From NCBI GenBank assembly GCA_007695145.1, contig REEI01000089.1, forward strand, positions 9,084-73,083: a stretch of 64,000 nt of DNA. The letters are read 5' to 3'. Under the pieces are notes generated by a model. It saw only the letters and a list, made by a program, of their open reading frames with translations. It was not told the origin of the DNA and did not search any database. A program made the translations under genes and the position numbers. The DNA is from Saprospirales bacterium (lineage in GTDB: Bacteria; Bacteroidota; Bacteroidia; Chitinophagales; Saprospiraceae). Position 1 is the first letter of the stretch. Each line of letters starts with the position of its first letter. This document shows, piece after piece, positions 36,449-46,273 of this stretch.

Positions 36449-38875
36449 CTAAAAGCTGTATCTGTACATCAGGTTAAGGTTGATTCCTGGCATATCGAAT
36501 CTGGAAGGAGCTGAGGGTCCTAAAACAGGGTCATTAAAACGCCTTACTACAGACATATGATCTGAATAGTTGGTATTCAAAAGATTGTCGACTCTAATAT
36601 TAAAGCTGTGAACGCTATTATCTCCCCGGATTTGGTATCCTGCTTCTAATCTTGCAACACCATAACCCTCCGTGGGAAGCTCATCATCTGGAACGCGATT
36701 TTGAGCAGCTACCAATCTGTAATAAGCTCCCACGTTCCAGTTGCTCATCTCATAACTCAACCCAAAAGTGGTTCTAAAGGGAGGTATGAAAGGCAGCGGG
36801 TCTCCAGTTTCATCATCTCTGGTACCTCTTACATAATCAGCTGTTACACTTCCCAGGAGATTTTCAGTAAGTAGCATTTTAAACTGAGCTTCAAATCCAA
36901 GCAGCTTGGCGTCAGTTCCAAAGAATTGAACAGTGTTTGGAAATTCTCTATCTGCTCTTACTCTATATGGGATTTCAACTGCCTCTACATTATCAAGAGT
37001 CAGAAGGGCAACATAGTTGCTAATATTGTTGTAAAAACCACTTGCTTCTGCCTGCCATCTTTCAGTAGTGAATTTTACAAAACCATCTAGTCCCAGTCCG
37101 GTTTCGCTGCTTAGAGAGGGATCTCCCAACTCAACTCTTGTAGCTCCCGCATGCCACCCATCAGCATAACGTTCCAGAACAGTTGCATTGCGATGAGCTC
37201 TGGCAATTTGGACTCCAATTTCCAATGCTTTTGTTGGTCGATAATTCAACCCAAGGGAACCAGCAAAGTTAAATACAGCATCGCTTATACCATCAAATGG
37301 CGGCACTTCCTCTAAATTAACCAAATCGGGATCTGGATGGGGTGTGAAGAACCTGTTTTCCACCGTGGATGTCCATTCCTGCTCGAATCTTGCACCAATC
37401 TGAAGATTTAAGCCCGTAGCGAGAGGAACTTCCTGGAAAGTAAAAAGTGCCAGATTCAAAATATCTTCCCCAGGATGATAAGCCTCAATTCCATCTACCT
37501 CCTGATATCTGTAGTGCAGATTGGAACCAATTACACCTCGATTGAAAATAAAGAACGGACGGTGCATAAACATGGCAGTGGAACTTAAAGTTGATGTTTT
37601 TATCTCCAACTCCAACTCCTCAGGAAGTGGGTCAGGTTCTCCCTCCTCTTGTTCTGAGTATGAAAAACTGGCCCTTAACTCCATTTCATCAAAAAATCCA
37701 TCGAGTTTTTGATTGAGGAATGCCTGGGCATTGTACCTGAAAATTCTGATTTCCATTTCGGGCTCCTCTTCAATAAAAAAGCCGGGATTGTCAGGGTCAG
37801 ATTCACTTGCAAACTCAGGAATTCCATAGTGATTTTGGTAGTATCTTCCAGAAATGCCGGCTCTTGTCCTACCCTTGTTGTAACCCCATCCCACAGATGC
37901 AGTGTAGCTTTCTAATCCGGTGTTGGGAATTACTTCATCAGGGGTATTCGCATCACCTGCTGTTCTGTACATTAGCCGTCCGGCAAAAGCTTGATTTTCA
38001 GTTCCATAGATCAAACCAGCAGAACCCGAAAGCAGATTATTGTTGGTTGCACCGTGAAAAGCAATTCCACCGCCTAAACCCATATTCCACTGACGCGGTG
38101 CATCTTCGGTGAACATATTAATTACACCACCCAGGGCACTTGATCCATAGAGCAAACTGGCAGGGCCCCTTACTACCTCTACCCTACTAAGCCCTAAGGG
38201 ATCCAAAGTAATTGCATGATCAGGAGCAGTGCTTTGAATATCTCCCATTCGCTCACCATTTTCTAATACAACCAGGCGTTCGCCATCAAATCCACGAATA
38301 ACAGGTCTGGAAGGTCCACCTCCAAATGAGCGGGAACTCAGTCCGGGCTCGCCATCCAACATATCGCCCAGTGAAAGATTGGCCCTTGCAGAAAGTTGAT
38401 TTACACTGTATGCCTGGGCAGACTGATAGTTAACAGCGCTTCCCGTTGGAGTTGCTGTTACTATAACTTCCTGAGTTCTGAAAAAATCCGATTCCATTTC
38501 GATCGTTAGCTCATCATCTGAATAGGGTATTTCTAGCTGTATTTTCAGGGACACATAACCCAGATAGTTCACCTGCAATTCTATTTGTCCCTCTCTCAAT
38601 CCCTGAAGGGTGAATTCACCTGAAAAATCAGTTGTGGAACCAATCCTGGCTGGAGTCACAAAAACTGCTGCCCCAATTAGCGGCTCTCCATTTCTAGCGT
38701 CCAGTACCCTGCCGGAAAGCTGGTGATTGCCCTTTCCTGAAGGCTCATTGGATGCTTCAGTACTATGAATAATATTATCAAATACTGTGGAAATTTCACC
38801 ACTGCTCATGGTGTTTTCAGCACAAAAAAGCACTGGCAGGCAGGCAAAAGTCAAAAGGATCGTAATAAGCTTCAT
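36449..38875 (-). CDS. TonB-dependent outer-membrane receptor with N-terminal CarboxypepD_reg domain
   Basis: Signal peptide. Contains GRVLDARNGEPLIGAAV (carboxypeptidase-regulatory-like fold), a plug region (..RVEVVRGPASLLYGS.ALGGVIN) and a beta-barrel ending ..YRYSF. Confidence 0.9.
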   Translation of the reverse strand: MKLITILLTFACLPVLFCAENTMSSGEISTVFDNIIHSTEASNEPSGKGNHQLSGRVLDARNGEPLIGAAVFVTPARIGSTTDFSGEFTLQGLREGQIELQVNYLGYVSLKIQLEIPYSDDELTIEMESDFFRTQEVIVTATPTGSAVNYQSAQAYSVNQLSARANLSLGDMLDGEPGLSSRSFGGGPSRPVIRGFDGERLVVLENGERMGDIQSTAPDHAITLDPLGLSRVEVVRGPASLLYGSSALGGVINMFTEDAPRQWNMGLGGGIAFHGATNNNLLSGSAGLIYGTENQAFAGRLMYRTAGDANTPDEVIPNTGLESYTASVGWGYNKGRTRAGISGRYYQNHYGIPEFASESDPDNPGFFIEEEPEMEIRIFRYNAQAFLNQKLDGFFDEMELRASFSYSEQEEGEPDPLPEELELEIKTSTLSSTAMFMHRPFFIFNRGVIGSNLHYRYQEVDGIEAYHPGEDILNLALFTFQEVPLATGLNLQIGARFEQEWTSTVENRFFTPHPDPDLVNLEEVPPFDGISDAVFNFAGSLGLNYRPTKALEIGVQIARAHRNATVLERYADGWHAGATRVELGDPSLSSETGLGLDGFVKFTTERWQAEASGFYNNISNYVALLTLDNVEAVEIPYRVRADREFPNTVQFFGTDAKLLGFEAQFKMLLTENLLGSVTADYVRGTRDDETGDPLPFIPPFRTTFGLSYEMSNWNVGAYYRLVAAQNRVPDDELPTEGYGVARLEAGYQIRGDNSVHSFNIRVDNLLNTNYSDHMSVVRRFNDPVLGPSAPSRFDMPGINLNLMYRYSF

Positions 38876-39042
38876 AACGGTATTTTTTTAGCTCTTATAA
38901 TTTCTAATAAAATGATCAAACCCAATATCGATTAAGGGATTTCATCTCCTATTCACTCATAAGGCAAAGGTAAGGGGACACAGGGCTGCAACCCTGTTAG
39001 AGATCACTTAGAAAAATATTAGAATTTCATTAGAAGGCTGCT

Positions 39043-40416
39043 TCAGAAGAAAAGCAGCATTGCTATACCGAAGTAGATCAAAAGTCCCGTGATATCAACG
39101 GTTGTAGTAATTGCCGGACTTGCAGCTACTGCAGGGTCACCACCAAATCTCTTAACCACCAAAGGCAAACAAGCTCCGACCACAGTAGAGGTAACAACTT
39201 GAAGACTCAATGCGATGCTTATCCCGAAAGCAAGAAAATAAAGGCTGTATTCAGCAGGAATTTCAGTATTCCATGAAAGCCAGAGGACCTTGCCGAAGGC
39301 AATCACACCCAAAACTATTGCAAGTAAAAATGAAACCCTCGCTTCCTTCCAAATAATCTTTAACCAATCTCCCACTTTCAATTGTCCCAGAGCAAGTGCA
39401 CGGATCACAACAGTAGCAGCCTGACTACCGGCATTACCCCCCGTATCAGCAACCATTGGAATGTACATTGCAAGGATTATCAACACAGCCAGGGCTTCCT
39501 CAAAACTGTGAATTATGATGCCGGAGATCAGGCCAAGTACAGCCAGGGAGGCCAGCCACACAATTCTTTTCTTAAAATGGCCCCAGGTGGTGGTCTGATT
39601 GTAGTTCAGAATTTCATCCCCCGGAACAATACCCATGAATTTCTCCATGTCTTCAGTATGCTCAGCCCTGATTACCTCCAGGGCATCATCGTGGTGAACA
39701 ACTCCAAGTATCTGCATTTCTTCATTCACCACCGGAATGGCAACCAGGTCATATTTTTCCACCTTATTGGCAACCAACTCCCGGTCTTCCTCAACCTTAG
39801 AATAAACGAATTCTTTGTGGTAGATGCTCTCCACCAGGGTATCGGGTGCCGCAAGAATAAGGTCTTTCAAACTGGCAAATCCAAGGAGTCTCATATCCCT
39901 GTCAACTATATAAACGTAGTAGATCAAATTTCTGGACCCGGCAGACCTTATCTCTTCTATTGCCCACCTGCAAGAAACGTCAGGCCTTATGGTGGTAAAA
40001 TCAGTACTCATGATTCCACCTGCAGTTTCCGGTGGATAAGCACTTAACTGAAGTACATTTTCCCGGACTTCTCCTGATAGGAATGGAAGCAGCGCCACTT
40101 TTTCTTGCTGGGTCAGATGTTGAAAAAGGTCTGCCCTGCTATCAGAGTACATATTTTCAAAAATAACAGAGAAGCGCTTTTTACTCACCTGCTGGAAAAA
40201 ACCCAGCTTTGCGGTCATTTCAATTTCAGAAAAAATCTCTCCCTGTCTGGCGGGTTCGGTCAAATCAAGGCACTCCAATATATCAGCAGGAGTCAAGCCC
40301 TGAACCATTTCAGCTACTTCTACAGTGGGATACTTTTCAAGAAATTCTTTTAAGCGAACCTTTGTCTGCTTAAGCTCCCTAAATTTTTGCTCTGCATTTA
40401 ACACCTGAGTTTTCAT
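39043..40416 (-). CDS. mgtE: Magnesium transporter MgtE
   Basis: MgtE N-domain, tandem CBS region and five C-terminal TM helices with ..MVADTGGNAGSQ... Confidence 0.92.
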   Translation of the reverse strand: MKTQVLNAEQKFRELKQTKVRLKEFLEKYPTVEVAEMVQGLTPADILECLDLTEPARQGEIFSEIEMTAKLGFFQQVSKKRFSVIFENMYSDSRADLFQHLTQQEKVALLPFLSGEVRENVLQLSAYPPETAGGIMSTDFTTIRPDVSCRWAIEEIRSAGSRNLIYYVYIVDRDMRLLGFASLKDLILAAPDTLVESIYHKEFVYSKVEEDRELVANKVEKYDLVAIPVVNEEMQILGVVHHDDALEVIRAEHTEDMEKFMGIVPGDEILNYNQTTTWGHFKKRIVWLASLAVLGLISGIIIHSFEEALAVLIILAMYIPMVADTGGNAGSQAATVVIRALALGQLKVGDWLKIIWKEARVSFLLAIVLGVIAFGKVLWLSWNTEIPAEYSLYFLAFGISIALSLQVVTSTVVGACLPLVVKRFGGDPAVAASPAITTTVDITGLLIYFGIAMLLFF

Positions 40417-40566
40417 GAGACTTTTGTTTTATTTCAACTTTCGGAAGCATTTATTTTCGATCAAAGTCTTCATCATTCCTCCTTGCTACGTCTTGAAAAA
40501 AAACTAAATTTAGGAGGATCATTTAAAAGGACTATAAACTTGGCATTCTTCAATAAGAATAAGCAA

Positions 40567-41280
40567 TTAATCGGTTTCTCTCTCCCGTATCTCCCAGGAA
40601 ACATGGGTTACTCCAGGGATGACCGTAAACCTTGCGGCAGCTTTTTCCATCGCTTCATCATTGGCACCCACGGAAAAAATATCGGCTACAATGGCTGCTT
40701 TTGCAGGGCTTTCATCATCTATACTTTTAAGCATCCTCAATGAAAGGTTTCCCTCCTGATTGATAAACTGTAGCAAAAGTACCCTTATGTGGTTTTCTAC
40801 CTCGGCTCTGCATCTGATTTCAAACGAGTACAAGGCCCTCGCCACCTCTTTCTCCTGAATGGGCCTTCTTCCGAGAAATACACCAAAGGGACGAAGCACA
40901 AAATGAATTAACACAATGACAATAGCTGTAACGCTTGCTTCCATGAGTAGACCCGCCCCGGCAAGAGCTCCTACAGCAGCAGAGCACCAAATGGTGGCTG
41001 CGGTATTAAGTCCCCTAACTGTAAAACCGTCTTTCATTATTACACCGGCACCGAGAAAACCAATGCCCGTTACTATCTGTCCTGCAACTCTGGAGGGGTC
41101 TCCAATAACGGTATCAGAAGTTAGGGCGGCAGATAGCAATACAAATGCCGCAGAACCCGTACTGACAAGTGTATTGGTTCTCAAGCCCGCAGACCGCTGA
41201 CGCCATTGCCTCTCAAACCCAATGAGAACGCCAAGGACTACTGCCACCAGAAGTCTAACTGCAAATTCTTCAATTGCCAT
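40567..41280 (-). CDS. mgtC: MgtC/SapB family membrane protein with C-terminal ACT-like domain
   Basis: GFERQWRQRSAGLRTN..STG is the family signature. It has about 5 TM helices followed by a soluble tail. Confidence 0.85.
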   Translation of the reverse strand: MAIEEFAVRLLVAVVLGVLIGFERQWRQRSAGLRTNTLVSTGSAAFVLLSAALTSDTVIGDPSRVAGQIVTGIGFLGAGVIMKDGFTVRGLNTAATIWCSAAVGALAGAGLLMEASVTAIVIVLIHFVLRPFGVFLGRRPIQEKEVARALYSFEIRCRAEVENHIRVLLLQFINQEGNLSLRMLKSIDDESPAKAAIVADIFSVGANDEAMEKAAARFTVIPGVTHVSWEIRERETD

Positions 41281-41587
41281 GACATTTCAATTTTTCGACT
41301 CAGATTCACTTAAAAATCCAGGCCTGGTGATTTCCTGTGTAAATTGCACAAAAGTAAGAAGAGAGATCGTTTTTGTAACTCATCCTTATCTTAGAATTTT
41401 ATTAGAATTGATCATCTGAAAAGTATTCAGGGATTTTTTTTGCCTCAATTCTATGACGGGATTAAGTTTTTAAAGCAGTGAGAATGAAGGAACCATTGAG
41501 AATGCGATAGAAGGGATGGTGCACAGCAGCCAATAAATCGTATTCAACGAAAGTTCCGGCCAAATTTTCCTTACAAAGCGACAAAAC

Positions 41588-43996
41588 CTAAAGGAATCGC
41601 AAAATGGAAACACCTTCACCACCATCTTCCTCAGTGGGATCAATTCTTTGGATATTGGGAGGAAAGTTTTTGAGTGTTTCTAAAAGGGCTTTTTTTAAAG
41701 CACCCTCTCCTTTTCCATGGGTGATTCGAACCTGATCCTGATTGGCAAGGATAGCCTTTTCCAAATAATCATTGAGCAAATCCACCGCTTCCCTGTATCT
41801 GAGGCCACGGATATCCAACCTGCTGTTAAAGCCGGAGCCGGAGTAAGATATTTCTGTTTTGACCGAAATTTCCTTTCTCTGTTCAATCGGATCACGGGAG
41901 GGTATTAGATCCCTCAGATTGGCCTCCATTCTAAGTCCACCGGGAAACTCGAGGGTGGCTTTTTTACCCTTGAGGGCCTCTAATCGGCCGATCTCACTAC
42001 CGGACCGCAGCCTGGCAAACATTCCCCTTTTCCACTCCACCTTTCCAGAAAATTCCTTTTGATGCAATTCTTCCTTTATAGATTCTTGCTCAATAATCAT
42101 TTCACGGGATTTTTCTTTAAATGTTTTCAGAGCCTGCTGGGCCTTTTCCAGGTTGCGTTCCTTTCTCGCTTCTTTTACCAACTCCTCTAACTCCTTCTGC
42201 AATCTGGTTTGGTGGGCATGTTCAATCTGCTTTTTCTCCAACTTCAACTTTTTCCTTCTTACCTCCATCTCTCGGTGGAGATTTTCAAAATTGGAAGATA
42301 TTCTCTTGAGCTCATCCTCCCTTTCCTTTATGGACGATAGCTTGCTCTTTAGTTCGGCCTTTTCTTTCTGAAGGTCTGCGAGCATCCCATCCACCACTTC
42401 AATGTTTGACCCAACTTTATTTTTAGCGTACTTGAGAATAGCCGGATGAATGCCCACCTTGCGCGCTATTTCAAATCCAAATGAGCTACCTGGTTTACCT
42501 GCTGAAAATTCATAAGTTGGTTTAAGTTCTCCCTTGTCAAAAGTCATGGCCCCATTGATAAGACCTGAGGCATTATTGGCATAGATTTTCAGGTTGCCAA
42601 AATGGGTGGTGATTACTCCAAATGTTTTCAAGTACCTCAACCTTCTGAGAATGGACTCAGCGAGTGCACCCCCAATTTTTGGATCGGTGCCGGAGCCAAA
42701 TTCATCAATAAGAATAAGAGAATCCGGTCCTGCATTTTGCAAAAAATACCTCATGGCGGTGAGGTGAGAACTGTAGGTACTCAAGTCATCCTCCAAAGAT
42801 TGTTGGTCGCCAAGATCGGCAAAGATGGACTTGAATACTCCCAATTTGCTTCCCTCACCAACGGGAACAGGAAGTCCGAATTGCAACATCAACTGAATGA
42901 TCCCTACAGCCTTTAGTAAAACGGATTTTCCACCAGCATTGGGTCCACTAATGACCAATATGTGGTTTTCCCTATCCAAATTAAGGTTAAAGGGTACCAC
43001 TTTCCTATTTTCCTGACTGTATTTATAGAGTAAAAGCGGATGATAACCCTCCTTTATATCAAGGTATGCATGATCAACCACCTCCGGGATTCGACCCTTG
43101 AGATCCTTAGTTAGCCTTGTTTTAGCTTGAACTGTATCTAAAAAAACCATTACCAGATGGTTTTTTAGAATAAGTTGAGCTACAGAGCGAATATCCCCGC
43201 TGAGCTCCTTGAGAATTCGATATTCCTCTCTCTTAATAGCCCTTTCTGCATCAAACAGATCGTTATTCACAGAAATGACTCCCTCCGGTTCAATAAAAGT
43301 AGTCTTTCCAGATGCAGATTCATCGTGAATGATCCCCTTAATTTTTCTCTTGTGTTCGGCAGGGACGCTTAAAACCCTCCTCCCGTTTCTCAGAGATTCT
43401 TTGTTGTCAGTCAGCATCCCGGACTTAGAAAGTTCCCGAACTAATTCTGCAAATTTTCGGTCGGCCTCCCTCTGTTTTGAAAAGTAATACCGGTGCAACT
43501 TTTTTAAATCAGGGCTGGCATCAGGGAGAATATTCCCATCGGGATCAAATGTATTGGACAATCGGCTGAGCAATTCATCTTGCCTCTCCAGGCTTTTGCA
43601 TTCTCCAAGTATGCCTTTGAATTTATCCGGTTCTTCTACTTTTTCCAGTACCGATAAAATTCTTCCACTGAATTCCAAAACTGAGCGAACCAACAAAAAC
43701 TCCTCAACCTCATAAACATACCCTTCTATGTGAAGAACTTTTCTCAATGATTCAATCTCAGCGTAGGAAAAAACTCTGCAATCGGGATAAAGTCTATTCA
43801 GTAACTCCCACTCAGCAACTAAATCCAATTGATATCTAATCTCTGCTGAATCAGTTAAAAAGGGAAGTTTTTGGATGGCTTTCTTGCCGGACTCTCCCAT
43901 GCAGTGGTTAGTCAGCATTGTGCGAATCCTGTCAAACTCCAGCAATTCATCAATGGTTTCAGGAAAAGTTTTCATGGAATACAAGTCGGGAGACAT
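41588..43996 (-). CDS. mutS2: Endonuclease MutS2 (MutS domain V ATPase plus Smr)
   Basis: Walker A SGPNAGGKS, DEFGSGTD, a long coiled-coil and a C-terminal Smr domain (LDIRGLRYREA...ITHGKGEGALK). Confidence 0.92.
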   Translation of the reverse strand: MSPDLYSMKTFPETIDELLEFDRIRTMLTNHCMGESGKKAIQKLPFLTDSAEIRYQLDLVAEWELLNRLYPDCRVFSYAEIESLRKVLHIEGYVYEVEEFLLVRSVLEFSGRILSVLEKVEEPDKFKGILGECKSLERQDELLSRLSNTFDPDGNILPDASPDLKKLHRYYFSKQREADRKFAELVRELSKSGMLTDNKESLRNGRRVLSVPAEHKRKIKGIIHDESASGKTTFIEPEGVISVNNDLFDAERAIKREEYRILKELSGDIRSVAQLILKNHLVMVFLDTVQAKTRLTKDLKGRIPEVVDHAYLDIKEGYHPLLLYKYSQENRKVVPFNLNLDRENHILVISGPNAGGKSVLLKAVGIIQLMLQFGLPVPVGEGSKLGVFKSIFADLGDQQSLEDDLSTYSSHLTAMRYFLQNAGPDSLILIDEFGSGTDPKIGGALAESILRRLRYLKTFGVITTHFGNLKIYANNASGLINGAMTFDKGELKPTYEFSAGKPGSSFGFEIARKVGIHPAILKYAKNKVGSNIEVVDGMLADLQKEKAELKSKLSSIKEREDELKRISSNFENLHREMEVRRKKLKLEKKQIEHAHQTRLQKELEELVKEARKERNLEKAQQALKTFKEKSREMIIEQESIKEELHQKEFSGKVEWKRGMFARLRSGSEIGRLEALKGKKATLEFPGGLRMEANLRDLIPSRDPIEQRKEISVKTEISYSGSGFNSRLDIRGLRYREAVDLLNDYLEKAILANQDQVRITHGKGEGALKKALLETLKNFPPNIQRIDPTEEDGGEGVSILRFL

Positions 43997-44060
43997 CAAA
44001 ATTTGGAAAATCCAGCATTCAATAATATCTTAAACGTTGACACTGCAGCTAAAAAGGCAA

Positions 44061-44618
44061 TCAGCTATCCTTCTCCCACTGAATTTCCTCTATTTGGTAT
44101 TGATGTGCAATACCTCTACCAAGTATGAAAAAATAATCAGAAAGTCTGTTTAAAAATTTAACAGCAATAGGGTCAATTTGAACTTCATGGCCCAATGTAA
44201 CTACCCTTCTCTCAGCTCTTCTACAAATAGTGCGACATATATGAGCTTGCGAAACTCTCTGGTCACCGCCGGGTAGAATAAAATTGGCAAGCGGCTTAAG
44301 CTCACCATCTATTTCATCAATGCATTTTTCAAGCCAGTCGATATCCTCCTGCTTAATTTTCGGAACCTGTTGTTCTCTTTCATTTGCATCCGGAGTAGCC
44401 AGATACGAACCCAGATCGAACAATTTATTCTGGATTCGGTAAAGTTGCATCCGGAATTCACCTTCGGCAAGCAAATCCCGAAGCAGTCCGGTAAACGAAT
44501 TCAATTCATCTACTGTTCCATAGGCCTCAATCCTGTCGTGATCCTTTAGCACCCTTTTTCCTCCGAAGAGGGATGTTTTACCCTTATCACCTCCACGTGT
44601 GTATATCTTAAAACTCAT
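44061..44618 (-). CDS. PduO-type ATP:cob(I)alamin adenosyltransferase
   Basis: N-terminal KIYTRGGDKGKTSL and the later RR.ER and L.YLNRLSD-like blocks (FLNRLSDYFF). It starts 10 nt after the upstream ABC ATPase stop. Confidence 0.88.
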   Translation of the reverse strand: MSFKIYTRGGDKGKTSLFGGKRVLKDHDRIEAYGTVDELNSFTGLLRDLLAEGEFRMQLYRIQNKLFDLGSYLATPDANEREQQVPKIKQEDIDWLEKCIDEIDGELKPLANFILPGGDQRVSQAHICRTICRRAERRVVTLGHEVQIDPIAVKFLNRLSDYFFILGRGIAHQYQIEEIQWEKDS

Positions 44619-44628
44619 ATTATTCAAA

Positions 44629-45357
44629 TTACTCCTGCAAAGTTAATAGTTTTTTGACCGATTGGTTCATCACATCCGTTTCCACCACACCATCCCGTAG
44701 GCGAATGATTCGGTGCGCGTGCTCAGATATTTCATTCTCATGGGTAACAATAATTATGGTATTGCCGTCATTGTGGAGTTTTTCAAAAATTTCCATGATT
44801 TCAATGGAGGTTTTGGAATCAAGATTTCCAGTTGGCTCATCAGCCAGGATGATACTCGGATTGGAAACCAGCGCTCTTGCGATAGCCACTCTTTGTCGCT
44901 GACCTCCGGACAATTCATTGGGTTTGTGGTCCATTCGATCGCCAAGACCAACTTGATGTAAAACTTCCATAGCCCGCTCCTTCCTGCCTGAGCGCGAAAC
45001 TCCACCATATACAAGTGGAAGTGCAACATTATCAAGCGCGGACAAACGTGGAAGCAAATTAAAGGTCTGAAAAACAAAACCGATTTGTTTATTCCTTATT
45101 TCTGCCAATTCACTGTCTGACATCCTGCTGACATCGTGATCGTTTAATACATACTTCCCAACCGTAGGTGTATCAAGACAACCCAATAGGTTCATAAGAG
45201 TCGATTTGCCAGAACCGGAAGGGCCCATCAATGCGACATATTCATTTTGTCTGATGACAACATCTACTCCGTCAAGAGCCTTTACCGTCATGTTGCCCAT
45301 TTTATAAATTTTCTTGAGGTTCTCTGTTCTAATAATTATCCTGGACTCAACTTTCAT
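44629..45357 (-). CDS. ABC transporter ATP-binding protein (MacB/LolD/FtsE-like), with no adjacent permease
   Basis: Walker [11 protein letters not shown]-loop, signature LSGGQRQR, Walker [12 protein letters not shown] and H-loop VTHE. The ATG at 45357 is chosen; the longer ORF to 45531 adds a non-homologous 58 aa. Confidence 0.88.
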   Translation of the reverse strand: MKVESRIIIRTENLKKIYKMGNMTVKALDGVDVVIRQNEYVALMGPSGSGKSTLMNLLGCLDTPTVGKYVLNDHDVSRMSDSELAEIRNKQIGFVFQTFNLLPRLSALDNVALPLVYGGVSRSGRKERAMEVLHQVGLGDRMDHKPNELSGGQRQRVAIARALVSNPSIILADEPTGNLDSKTSIEIMEIFEKLHNDGNTIIIVTHENEISEHAHRIIRLRDGVVETDVMNQSVKKLLTLQE

Positions 45358-45550
45358 GAAATTTGTTGTTTCTTTGCTCAAATTAGATGCAATATACAAA
45401 AACAGTTGGCTTGCAAAAAAAAATGATGGACGGATGACCTTATTTTTTCTGCAAATCGACTCAAATTCACTTTTTTCAATTGCACAAAGTCTATTAAATT
45501 CATGCAATATGTTAATTGCATTACTCAACAATTCAATTGGAAGGCTATAT

Positions 45551-46183
45551 ATGAAAGGCTTTATTACTGAACTTCATACTTTTCCACCGATACCGATAAT
45601 TCAGAGATACTTGAGCGGTGAAAAATGGATACTTGAAATGAATGAAACTTATAATAAGGGCAGCTTCAGAAACAGATATCACCTCTCCGGACCGCAGGGT
45701 CTTACGCCACTCTCCATACCTTTAAAAAAAGGAAAGAACAACCAACAGCCAATAGCAGAGGTCGAAATTTCTTACGATGAGGATTGGCCTCGGCGCCACA
45801 GCAAAACCATTCAGTCCTGCTACGGAAAAAGCCCATTTTTTGAAGAGTATTTCACCGATTTAAAGTCTTTGTTTTTCAAAGATGTGCAATATCTCAAAGA
45901 ATTCAATATTTCAGCGCTCAAACTGGTCCTTGCTTTCCTGGGAATTCAGGAGTGGCCCCAATTAAGTACCTGTTACCTTTCAAAAATAGATTATGAAAAA
46001 ACAGGAATTGTGGACTGCAGGGACTTCTACAGGCCTAAAACCATTGATCAACTCCCAATCAAAAACTGCCTTTACAATCAGGTATTTGAACCAGCCAATG
46101 GATTCATTTCCAATCTGAGTGTACTCGATATTATTTTTTGTTTGGGCCCAGAAGCACGCCTGAAATTAGTCAGAGAAGGGTAA
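45551..46183 (+). CDS. WbqC-like family protein
   Basis: It follows the family pattern ..F.NRY.......G...LSIPL.........I.EV.I.....W..RH.KTI...[10 protein letters not shown]. The ATG at 45551 is chosen; the upstream part of the ORF is antisense to the ABC ATPase gene. Confidence 0.7.
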   Translation: MKGFITELHTFPPIPIIQRYLSGEKWILEMNETYNKGSFRNRYHLSGPQGLTPLSIPLKKGKNNQQPIAEVEISYDEDWPRRHSKTIQSCYGKSPFFEEYFTDLKSLFFKDVQYLKEFNISALKLVLAFLGIQEWPQLSTCYLSKIDYEKTGIVDCRDFYRPKTIDQLPIKNCLYNQVFEPANGFISNLSVLDIIFCLGPEARLKLVREG

Positions 46184-46273
46184 GAAAATATGGCATTCGA
46201 GAAAATCATATCCCCGAGATGGGATTTTTGCTTAATTTTAGGGTTTAAAATCGGATCAACTAAACCTAATCAG

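Noticed and set aside
38876-39042. Possible cobalamin or other riboswitch upstream of the TonB-dependent receptor
   Set aside because: The interval is only 167 nt and no B12-box-like element is seen. The ACAGGG-CTGCAA-CCCTGT hairpin there is better explained as the mgtE transcript end.
39382-40047. 221-aa ORF antisense to mgtE
   Set aside because: It lies within the well-supported mgtE on the other strand. It has no recognisable domain and its composition is typical of an antisense frame.
45314-45550. N-terminal 79-aa extension of the WbqC-like ORF
   Set aside because: The extension is antisense to the ABC ATPase 5' end and promoter and has no homology pattern. The conserved family alignment begins right after the ATG at 45551.
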